Source of the DNA: a virus
Strand: one strand, 5' to 3'
DNA: 64,000 nt
Virus record (IMG/VR): IMGVR_UViG_3300047533_000002
Span: 1,303-65,302 of that record
Shown: in pieces, positions 27,958 to 35,778 of the stretch
How the letters are laid out: each line of letters opens with the position of its first letter
Numbering within the stretch: the first letter of the stretch is position 1
The notes under the pieces: generated by a model
Database searches by the model: none
Told to the model about the DNA's origin: nothing
Seen by the model: only the letters and a program-made list of their open reading frames with translations
Position numbers and translations under genes: made by a program

Positions 27958-29064
27958 ATGGGCCAAACAGTCATTCCCTTTGGCAGCAAGCTCGCCCAGA
28001 AACGCTGGTCGGGCAAACTGTTCATCGACACCCTGAACAAAAGCTACTGGAACCAGCGGTTCACTTCCACCGACGACAACGCACCGATCCAGCGCTTGAC
28101 CGACCTGGAGTCTGCCGCTGGTGACACCATCCAATTCGACCTGTCGGTTCAGCTTCGCGGAAAACCGGTCTACGGCGACAACGTTGCCGAAGGCACCGAG
28201 GAAGACCTCAAGTTCTTCTCGGACGAAGTGAAGATCGATCAGATGCGCCACCCTGTGTCGCTCGGCGGTCGCATGACCCGCAAGCGCACCAGCCACGACC
28301 TGCGCACCATCGGCAAGAACCGACTGTCCGACTACTGGGCGAAGTTCATCGACGACATGACCTTCATCTACGTGTCGGGCGCGCGCGGCATCAACGAAGA
28401 CTTCCTTGAAGGCACCACCTGGCAGGGCCATGCCGGCAACGCCATCACCCCGCCTGATGCCGATCACCAGCTCTACCCGGAAGGCATCCAGGGTAAGGCC
28501 GAAATCACCGTCAACGACACCATGTCGCGTGAACTGGTGGAGCGCGCCAGCGTGAAGGCCCGCATGATGCGCGCCCAAGACCCAACCACCGCTAACATGC
28601 AGCCGATCAAGATCAACAGCGGTGACCACTACGTCATGGTCATGTCTCCGTTCCAGGAGCACGACCTGCGCAACGAAGTCGGCGAGAAGGGCTGGCTCGA
28701 CGTGCAGAAGGCCGCTGCCGCTGCCGAGGGCAAGAACAACCCGATCTTCAAGGGCGGCATGGGCATGATCAACAACGTGGTTCTGCACAGCCACGAGTCG
28801 GTCATCCGCTTCGACAACTACGGTGCTGGCGGCAATGTCGCTGCATCCCGCGCCATCTTCATGGGCCGTCAGGCAGCTGTCATCGCCTTCGGTTCCAAGG
28901 GCGGCCTGCGCTTCACCTGGCAGGAGAAGAAGGCCGACTACGAAAACCTGGCGAGCATCAACGCCGGCACCATCATGGGCATGAAGAAAGCCCGCTTCAA
29001 CGGGAAGGACTTCGGTGTGCTGTCGATCGACACCGCAGCCAAAGACCCGAACGAAGTCATCTAA
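27958..29064 (+). CDS. Major capsid protein, N4-gp56 family
   Basis: PIQRLTDLESAAGDTIQFDL..L.G, EDLKFFSDEVKIDQMRH, DFGVLSIDTA. Confidence 0.93.
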   Translation: MGQTVIPFGSKLAQKRWSGKLFIDTLNKSYWNQRFTSTDDNAPIQRLTDLESAAGDTIQFDLSVQLRGKPVYGDNVAEGTEEDLKFFSDEVKIDQMRHPVSLGGRMTRKRTSHDLRTIGKNRLSDYWAKFIDDMTFIYVSGARGINEDFLEGTTWQGHAGNAITPPDADHQLYPEGIQGKAEITVNDTMSRELVERASVKARMMRAQDPTTANMQPIKINSGDHYVMVMSPFQEHDLRNEVGEKGWLDVQKAAAAAEGKNNPIFKGGMGMINNVVLHSHESVIRFDNYGAGGNVAASRAIFMGRQAAVIAFGSKGGLRFTWQEKKADYENLASINAGTIMGMKKARFNGKDFGVLSIDTAAKDPNEVI

Positions 29065-29079
29065 AGGAGACAAGCCACA

Positions 29080-29556
29080 ATGCTTCTGATCATCAGTGAC
29101 ACCGCCAACGGCCTGTCTTCGACGCCGACCGGCGAGCGCGCCGGGGAAACTCTGAACATCGAGTTGCCCCTGGTCATCAAGGCCAACAGCACGCTAGCGG
29201 CCAACACCATCGTAGAGCTGGGTTACCTGCCGGCCTACCACAACCTGGTGGGTGGCCACCTGATCGTTGACGCCCTTGGCGCTGGCGTGACCGCAACCGT
29301 CGGCTTCATGTCCGGCGAGGTCGCCCAGAACGATCCAGCCCGCACCTCGGGCACCGAGCTGTTCAATGCCGCTGACGTGTCGGCTGCTGCCGCGCTTCCG
29401 CTCAACAGCGCCTATGCTCTACGCCTGCCTTCTGAGCGCTTCCATCGCCCAATCGGCATCAAGTTCTCGGGCGCTGTCGCCAACGGCACTGGGACCGACA
29501 AGGTAGTCACCCTGTCCCTGCTGTACGCGCCATCCGGCGACCGCAACGCCAAGTAA
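29080..29556 (+). CDS. Virion structural protein (capsid decoration/cement-like)
   Basis: Follows the capsid gene; AAGGAG RBS; beta-rich. Confidence 0.65.
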   Translation: MLLIISDTANGLSSTPTGERAGETLNIELPLVIKANSTLAANTIVELGYLPAYHNLVGGHLIVDALGAGVTATVGFMSGEVAQNDPARTSGTELFNAADVSAAAALPLNSAYALRLPSERFHRPIGIKFSGAVANGTGTDKVVTLSLLYAPSGDRNAK

Positions 29557-29567
29557 TCAAACCGACG

Positions 29568-29590
29568 AAATGGGCCGAAAGGCCCATTTT
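29568..29590 (+). terminator. Rho-independent terminator
   Basis: AAATGGGCC-GAAA-GGCCCATTTT. Confidence 0.75.
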
Positions 29591-29605
29591 GCACAGGAGA
29601 CGGAA

Positions 29606-30100
29606 ATGCCGATCATTGAATGCACTATCAAGCGTCCCCGTGTGGTGACCCTTGGCGACACCGCCTACCAGTTCCAGCCAGACGAACAGGGCCGTTACGT
29701 GGCCGAAGTCGAGGACGAAGATCACGCCGATCGGCTGCTTGAAATCCGCTGCTACCGCAAGCTGGCCACCACCCCTAAGCAGGTGAAGCAGCAGAAGCAG
29801 GAAGAGAAGAAGAACGAGCAGCCCACCGGCTCGGTCGATACTCGCCCTGAAGGTGCAGCCGTCGAAACCCCCAACGCTGCCAACAGCGGCAATCCGCTCA
29901 CCGGCCACGGCTTAGGCACCATCCAGCCGGACGATAACGGCGAAGGCGTCGAAGGCGGCAACCGTGAAGGCGAAGGCAACACCGAAACCCTGGATCGCGC
30001 CAAGCTGGCTGCCGAGTACGAGGCGAAGTTCAAGAAGAAGCCTCACCACTCGCAGAGCGCTGAGCGCATCAAACAGCTGCTGGAACAGGAAGAAGACTGA
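29606..30100 (+). CDS. Phage hypothetical protein
   Basis: CAGGAG RBS, ATG 29606. Confidence 0.7.
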   Translation: MPIIECTIKRPRVVTLGDTAYQFQPDEQGRYVAEVEDEDHADRLLEIRCYRKLATTPKQVKQQKQEEKKNEQPTGSVDTRPEGAAVETPNAANSGNPLTGHGLGTIQPDDNGEGVEGGNREGEGNTETLDRAKLAAEYEAKFKKKPHHSQSAERIKQLLEQEED

Positions 30101-30798
30101 TGCTCGCCAGCGACCTTTTCGACCGCGCGCAGCGGATCATGCTCGATGAAACCAACGTGCGCTGGCCGCTGCCTGAGCTGTGCATGTGGCTCAACGACGC
30201 CCAGCGCGAGGTTGTGCTGCAAAAGCCCAATGCGCTGTCGAAGACGGTCGTGATGAAGCTGGAGCAAGGCACCTATCAGGCCTTGCCCGGCGACTATCTC
30301 AAGCTGCTGCGCGTTGTGCGCAACATTGCCGCCGAAACGCCTTACCGCCAGGGCGGTCGTGCTGTGCGCATCGTCAGCCGTGAAATCCTCGATACCCAGT
30401 CGCCAAACTGGCATGACGGGTCTGTCACCCCGTTCAAGCGCGACGTGAAGCACGTAATCTTCGACGAGCAGGACCAGCGCGCTTTCTACGTCTACCCCGG
30501 CAATAACGGGGAAGGCGCGGTAGAGCTGGTCGTGTCCGTGCAGCCGGCGCCAATCAAGCCTACTGGCGATGCCAACGAGCTGGACAGCTACCGCGTCCCG
30601 ATCGAGCTGCAGGATATCTACGGCAACGCGCTGTTGGATTTCATCCTGTACCGTGGCTACGCCAAGGACGCCCAGTTCGCCGGGGCCGCAGAGCGCGCTG
30701 TGCTGCATTACCAGCAGTTCGCCAACAGCCTGGGCATGAAAGTGCAGTTGGACGTTCAGTTGTCGCCTAACGGCCCAGCACAGGTGCAGGCATCATGA
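30100..30798 (+). CDS. Head-tail connector-like protein (DUF6682-like)
   Basis: VRWPLPELCMWLNDAQRE, LLDFILYRGYAKD. Confidence 0.75.
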   Translation: MLASDLFDRAQRIMLDETNVRWPLPELCMWLNDAQREVVLQKPNALSKTVVMKLEQGTYQALPGDYLKLLRVVRNIAAETPYRQGGRAVRIVSREILDTQSPNWHDGSVTPFKRDVKHVIFDEQDQRAFYVYPGNNGEGAVELVVSVQPAPIKPTGDANELDSYRVPIELQDIYGNALLDFILYRGYAKDAQFAGAAERAVLHYQQFANSLGMKVQLDVQLSPNGPAQVQAS

Positions 30799-31427
30799 TG
30801 CTGGCCAACGCCTGGCGCGACTTCGAAGACCTGATGCCGAAGATCCTCCCGCATGCCATCCAGTGCACGGAAGGTTTCGCGCTCGACCACCTGCGCGATG
30901 CCGTTATTCGCGCCTGCGAGCGAGCCCGGCTGTGGGTTGTGGATGACGAGTTCGAGATGGGCTGCGATACCGACAGCCTGATCGTCGCCCCCAAGGGCTC
31001 GCAGCTCTACCAGATCGACCGCGTGTTCATCGGTGGCAGCACCATGCAAGCCATTACCAGTCAGCAAATGTATGGCATGCGCGACGACTGCCACCCAGGT
31101 GGGCGCCCGCACTACTTCGCCCAGGCGGATAGCGACTCCATTTCCATCTTCCCGGTGCAGCGTGGTGCCCGCATCCGCGTGCGCGCCTACCTGATCCCCA
31201 CTGCCGACGCCACCAGGGCGCCCAAGGTCGTGCTGGACCGTCACCGCGAGATGCTGGTGAACGGTGCCCTGGCTCGCATCCTGTCGGTCCCGGCCCAGCC
31301 ATTCACCAACGTCGAGCTGGCTGCCTACCGCGACAACCTGTTCGAGCGCCGCCTGGACGAAATCAGCCGCGAGTACGTGACCGGCATTCAGCGCGGCCCA
31401 CTGCGCACTCGCCCCAACTTCATGTGA
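30795..31427 (+). CDS. Adaptor/tail tubular-like protein
   Basis: LRDAVIRACERARLW, GALARILSVPAQPFTN. Confidence 0.7.
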   Translation: MMLANAWRDFEDLMPKILPHAIQCTEGFALDHLRDAVIRACERARLWVVDDEFEMGCDTDSLIVAPKGSQLYQIDRVFIGGSTMQAITSQQMYGMRDDCHPGGRPHYFAQADSDSISIFPVQRGARIRVRAYLIPTADATRAPKVVLDRHREMLVNGALARILSVPAQPFTNVELAAYRDNLFERRLDEISREYVTGIQRGPLRTRPNFM

Positions 31428-31434
31428 GGACCGC

Positions 31435-31578
31435 ATGGATTACGACTGCAACTGCAAAGAAGACGAAGTTGATGGCGTGCCTGGCACACCGATTACCGCG
31501 CTGCCGCCCCAATCCAGCGCGTGCGTGTACCTGAGCGTCGAGCCTGACGGCAGCGTGGTTGTCGAGGTGGACAATTGA
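31435..31578 (+). CDS. 47-aa small protein (absent from the ORF track)
   Basis: GAGGA RBS; MDYDCNCKEDE...VVVEVDN; TTGA overlap with the cellulase gene. Confidence 0.55.
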   Translation: MDYDCNCKEDEVDGVPGTPITALPPQSSACVYLSVEPDGSVVVEVDN

Positions 31579-33107
31579 TCGAGTACATCCTGAAGAACCC
31601 GCACGACCGGCGGGACTACGTGATCAAGCTGGACCGCTGGCTGGGGGCAAAAGAGCGTATTGCCTTCGCCAGCGCTTCCGTGCGCCCGTCCAGCATCAAG
31701 ATCGAGCGCGTTAAGTTCACCGATACCGCCGTTGTGCTGCGTCTGTTCGGCGGACAGCCGCGCGCACGCCATACGGTGCGCCTAACGATCACCACGACCG
31801 TGGGCCAGGTGAAGAACGTCGAGTTCGGCATCTACACCCAGGGCGATGCGGCCAAGGCGGTTCTGGCCCCGTTCGTCATCGGCCAGGGCTCACTGGCAAT
31901 TACTGGCGCAGGCGCCGACCAGGACTTCGCCCCTGATGTCTCGGTGAGCGGCAGCATGGTCGTGTTCGCCAGCGATTACAGCGACGAGCCTGATCCTGGT
32001 GAAGACCCGGAGCCTTCAACCGATCCTTTCCCGCTGGTCACCCAAGGGCGGCGCATCCTTCGCCCTAGCGGTGAAGCCGTCCGCATCAAAGCCGTCAACT
32101 GGTTTGGCGCCGAGGGCAGCAACCGTGTGCCTGCCGGCCTGTGGGCGGTCGGATACAAGGAGCTGATCGACAAGATCGCGGGCTGGGGCTTCAACACCAT
32201 CCGTATTCCGTTCGCTGGCAACACCTTCGATGGCTCCGATGCCTCGGGCGTCAACTTCAGCCCAAACCCAGACCTGCAAAGCGCCACGCCGGGCAAGCCG
32301 AAGAAGCCTATTGACGTGATGGACATCCTGATCAGCTACGCCACGTCCAAGGGCCTGATGATCATCCTTGACCATCATCGCCGCACGATCGGGGATGGCG
32401 CGGACGGCTCGCCTATCAGCTCGACCTACACCAAGGCCCAGTGGATCGCTACCTGGACCATGCTGGCCAACCGGTACAAGGCCATCCCGAACGTCATCGG
32501 CGCTGACCTGCACAACGAGCCGCACAATCACGACTGGCCGACCTGGGCAGGCCTTGCCGAAGAGTGCGCCAACGCGCTGCACCAGGTGGCACCGGACTGG
32601 CTGGTCTTCGTCGAAGGCGTGGGCACGTACAACGGCAGGAACTACTGGTGGGGTGGCCAGCTCGGTGGCGTGACTACCCGCCCGGTGAAGATCAACAAGC
32701 AGAATAAGTTGGTCTATTCAGCACACGACTATGGGCAGAGCGTCGGCGCCCAGCCGTGGCTTGCTACCGCCGCCCAGCCGGTCGCCGGATACCCGAACAA
32801 TCTGCCCGCTGTGTTCCAGGCTGCCTGGGGCTTCATTCTGGAACAGAACATCGCTCCGGTCTGGGTTGGTGAGTTTGGAGGACACTTCGGCATCGACAGC
32901 GGCGGCGCCGCGAAACCGAACGCCGAGCTGGAAAAGCAGTGGGCCATCCAGCTGATGAACTACCTGAACAGCAACGAAGGCCACTTCGGCTACTGGTGCC
33001 TGAACCCTAACTCGGGGGATACTGGTGGCCTTCTCCGAAACGACTGGAAGACCGCGCAGACGCACAAGTTGCAGCTGCTGTTACCCGTGCTCGCCAACAC
33101 CCAATAA
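31575..33107 (+). CDS. GH5 endoglucanase (cellulase) fused to an N-terminal phage fibre-adaptor-like domain
   Basis: VNWFGAE, GFNTIRIPF, ILDHHR, GADLHNEPH (acid/base Glu), YSAHDYG, PVWVGEFGG (nucleophile Glu). Confidence 0.93.
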   Translation: MIEYILKNPHDRRDYVIKLDRWLGAKERIAFASASVRPSSIKIERVKFTDTAVVLRLFGGQPRARHTVRLTITTTVGQVKNVEFGIYTQGDAAKAVLAPFVIGQGSLAITGAGADQDFAPDVSVSGSMVVFASDYSDEPDPGEDPEPSTDPFPLVTQGRRILRPSGEAVRIKAVNWFGAEGSNRVPAGLWAVGYKELIDKIAGWGFNTIRIPFAGNTFDGSDASGVNFSPNPDLQSATPGKPKKPIDVMDILISYATSKGLMIILDHHRRTIGDGADGSPISSTYTKAQWIATWTMLANRYKAIPNVIGADLHNEPHNHDWPTWAGLAEECANALHQVAPDWLVFVEGVGTYNGRNYWWGGQLGGVTTRPVKINKQNKLVYSAHDYGQSVGAQPWLATAAQPVAGYPNNLPAVFQAAWGFILEQNIAPVWVGEFGGHFGIDSGGAAKPNAELEKQWAIQLMNYLNSNEGHFGYWCLNPNSGDTGGLLRNDWKTAQTHKLQLLLPVLANTQ

Positions 33108-33127
33108 CGAATGCGCCCAGCGCTTGA

Positions 33128-35740
33128 ATGGAACTACAGCATATGACCGACACTGATCTGACAGCCCAGTTTGTATTTACCCTGGCCCAGGCGAGCACCC
33201 GGACAGTCACCCTTAGCTGGGAGACGCGAGACGGCACGGCGGTTGAGAACATCGACTATGTTCCGGCGTCCGGGCAGCTGGTATTCCAGCCGGGCGAAAC
33301 CAGTAAGTCCGTGACTATCCAGGTGCTTCAGCCGCCGACTGAAGAACGAAAGTTCTTCACTGTGGCAATTACTGACGCCGTGAACGCTACCGTTGACGAG
33401 ACCGAGCCAGGTCAGGTCGTGATCATGCCGAGCAACGTTTTCCGTGGGAAGCGTGGCTTCAAGGGTGACCGTGGGCAGCGGGGAATGTCGGCGTATGAGG
33501 AAGCTGTAGCCAACGGGTCGTTCACCGGGAGTTATCCTGACTGGCTCACGTACCTTTCACTCTTGCCGCTTGAGCAGCTCGCCAACAACACCGACCCAGC
33601 AAAAGGTGCAGCGCTAGTCGGGTATCGCGGAAAGAATGTGGCCAAAGCTCTGGATCGGTTACAGAGATCACCGCATCAAAACACCCACTGCAGGACAGTT
33701 TACGCGGTCTTGCCTTCGCAATTTCCAGATTACCTAAAGATTCTTACGGACGCCGGTTACACGAATGAGACTGCTTGGCTCGGCCCTGGGGCGTTTGCCG
33801 TAGATGAAGTAGCAGGGGAAATTTTCGTAGCCTTTGGCACATCATGGCAGGCCTTTACCGCAATTGCCGTTTTCGACCTTAAAACCTCGGCTTACAAGGG
33901 CTATTTCAAGCTGGTCCATGCTACGCCTGAAGGTATCGAGGTGCTCTATGATTATGGGGTACGAAAAGTATTTGTAAGCGCGGCTGACACAGGTGACCTT
34001 TACGAATACAACATCCCCACGACACCATTAGACGGCAGCATGCAGACGCATGTGGCCAGCCACGCTATGAATATGTATACCCAGTTCTCGTACCGCAACG
34101 GCATCTGGATGGTGGACGAGGCAAGCCGCGAAATCGGCGGTTCTCTTGGTCGAAATGTATTCGGTATTTACAACAAAAATTTCGAAAGAATTGGAACCTA
34201 TTACACGGACCTGCACAACTCGGGTTATATCACCTACGAAACAAACGAGCTGGCACCTTACCTGAACAAGAGGCAGGGTTTTGCCCTGGGTGACGGTTTT
34301 GTTGTGTGTTCCTACGGGGGCGCGCACGATGGTGACAGTCCGGGCACCGTGGCAAGTCATCAAGGCACGCGGATACTGTCGGCGGACGGCCAGCGCATCA
34401 AAGAGTCGATCCTGAATCCCGAAAAATTCAAAGCTCTTCTGACTCAGAGCCTTGGAAACAACGAGCATTACACGCGTGTAGAAAACGAGGGCGTAAAGGT
34501 TCTTTCGGACGGCAGCATTATCGCGCTCTATATCTACAAGGCACGGTTCAGCCCAGGCTCTAAAGATAAAGACGGCATAGTCTTACTTAAGGAATATTCG
34601 AATGACGCAAGCGCATTCGATTACAGCTCGGCTGCCACTGCACAGGGTCAGTTTAGGTTCAAGGACTTTTCCGGCGCAATTTTTCCGCGCTCGCCAGATG
34701 GCATCTACAACCCGGCAACTGGAGCGAAGTTCACGACCTTCGACCAAATCTGCAATTATATGCTTCTTTCGCACCAGAGCGTTTTCGGTTTTTACGCCAG
34801 GAATGTGTCCATAAAGGACTTTGACGGCACTGCTCTAGCGGATGGCTATTACCGGATATCGAACGTCAGCGGCAGTGTTTTCATTGTGGAAGTTTTCAAT
34901 CCTAGCGCTTCTCCGATGGCTTCCTGGGCCATCACAACTACCAACGGCGTTCGGTCGAAAGCTCCGCTAAGCGTAGGCGCAAGCATGCTGACTTTGGCGA
35001 GCAATTACGCTGACGAGTCTACCAAATTCGGCAGAATGCTAGGCGCGCACTACAAAGCAGCGGAAGAGCGCATACTTGCGCTGGATATCCAGTCGAATGC
35101 TAGCGCAAACACATTGGTAATCGGCGGCGGCAGCTCTTTGTTCAACGGTGCTACCTCGATCTTGTTTTCTACGGCTGCTACAGGCGATACCCTGGGAGGG
35201 ACTGTCAAGTGGGGGATATACGACTCCACCTTCCGCCCAGCGGCAGATAACGTCTATGCGCTCGGAGCAGTGAACGCGCGTGTTTCCCAAGTATTTGCGG
35301 GAACGGGCACTATCAGCACTTCGTGTGCAACCAAGAAGACGACTGTTCGTGGTTTTTCCGACGCCGAGATTGCTGCTTCGAAGGAGCTTGGTAAGGAAGT
35401 CGGCTTCTTCAAGTTTCTCTCCGCGATCGAAGAAAAGAAGAACGACCCATCGAAGGAGGCGCGTGAGCACTGTGGCATGACCGTTCAGCGCGCCATCGAG
35501 ATTTTCGAGGCGCACGGCCTAGACCCCTTCAACTACGGGATCATCTGCTACGACAAATGGGAAGATCAATTCGTCGAACACGCCGATGAATTCGATGATG
35601 CCGGTGAATTGATTCGGCCTGCTTACAGTGAGCTGGTGATGGCCGCAGGTGAACTCTACGGCTTCCGCGAAAACGAGCTGTATGCGTTCATCGCCCGAGG
35701 TCTCGAAGCTCGCCTAACTGCGCTGGAAGAGCGGCAATGA
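33128..35740 (+). CDS. Tail fibre/spike: Calx-beta, short Gly-X-Y stretch, unknown central domain, C-terminal S74-type chaperone
   Basis: TRDGTA...DYVPASGQLVFQPGETSKSVTIQV; GKRGFKGDRGQRG; AREHCGMTVQ..GLDPFNYGIICYDKW. Confidence 0.85.
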   Translation: MELQHMTDTDLTAQFVFTLAQASTRTVTLSWETRDGTAVENIDYVPASGQLVFQPGETSKSVTIQVLQPPTEERKFFTVAITDAVNATVDETEPGQVVIMPSNVFRGKRGFKGDRGQRGMSAYEEAVANGSFTGSYPDWLTYLSLLPLEQLANNTDPAKGAALVGYRGKNVAKALDRLQRSPHQNTHCRTVYAVLPSQFPDYLKILTDAGYTNETAWLGPGAFAVDEVAGEIFVAFGTSWQAFTAIAVFDLKTSAYKGYFKLVHATPEGIEVLYDYGVRKVFVSAADTGDLYEYNIPTTPLDGSMQTHVASHAMNMYTQFSYRNGIWMVDEASREIGGSLGRNVFGIYNKNFERIGTYYTDLHNSGYITYETNELAPYLNKRQGFALGDGFVVCSYGGAHDGDSPGTVASHQGTRILSADGQRIKESILNPEKFKALLTQSLGNNEHYTRVENEGVKVLSDGSIIALYIYKARFSPGSKDKDGIVLLKEYSNDASAFDYSSAATAQGQFRFKDFSGAIFPRSPDGIYNPATGAKFTTFDQICNYMLLSHQSVFGFYARNVSIKDFDGTALADGYYRISNVSGSVFIVEVFNPSASPMASWAITTTNGVRSKAPLSVGASMLTLASNYADESTKFGRMLGAHYKAAEERILALDIQSNASANTLVIGGGSSLFNGATSILFSTAATGDTLGGTVKWGIYDSTFRPAADNVYALGAVNARVSQVFAGTGTISTSCATKKTTVRGFSDAEIAASKELGKEVGFFKFLSAIEEKKNDPSKEAREHCGMTVQRAIEIFEAHGLDPFNYGIICYDKWEDQFVEHADEFDDAGELIRPAYSELVMAAGELYGFRENELYAFIARGLEARLTALEERQ

Positions 35741-35778
35741 TAATTGTCGCCTTCACCTTCAGCCAGCAGGGGTGACTG

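Noticed and set aside
33445-33485. Collagen-like GKRGFKGDRGQRG as substrate for the PLOD-like oxygenase
   Set aside because: Only about four triplets, and such stretches are common in phage fibres without hydroxylases; too speculative to report separately.
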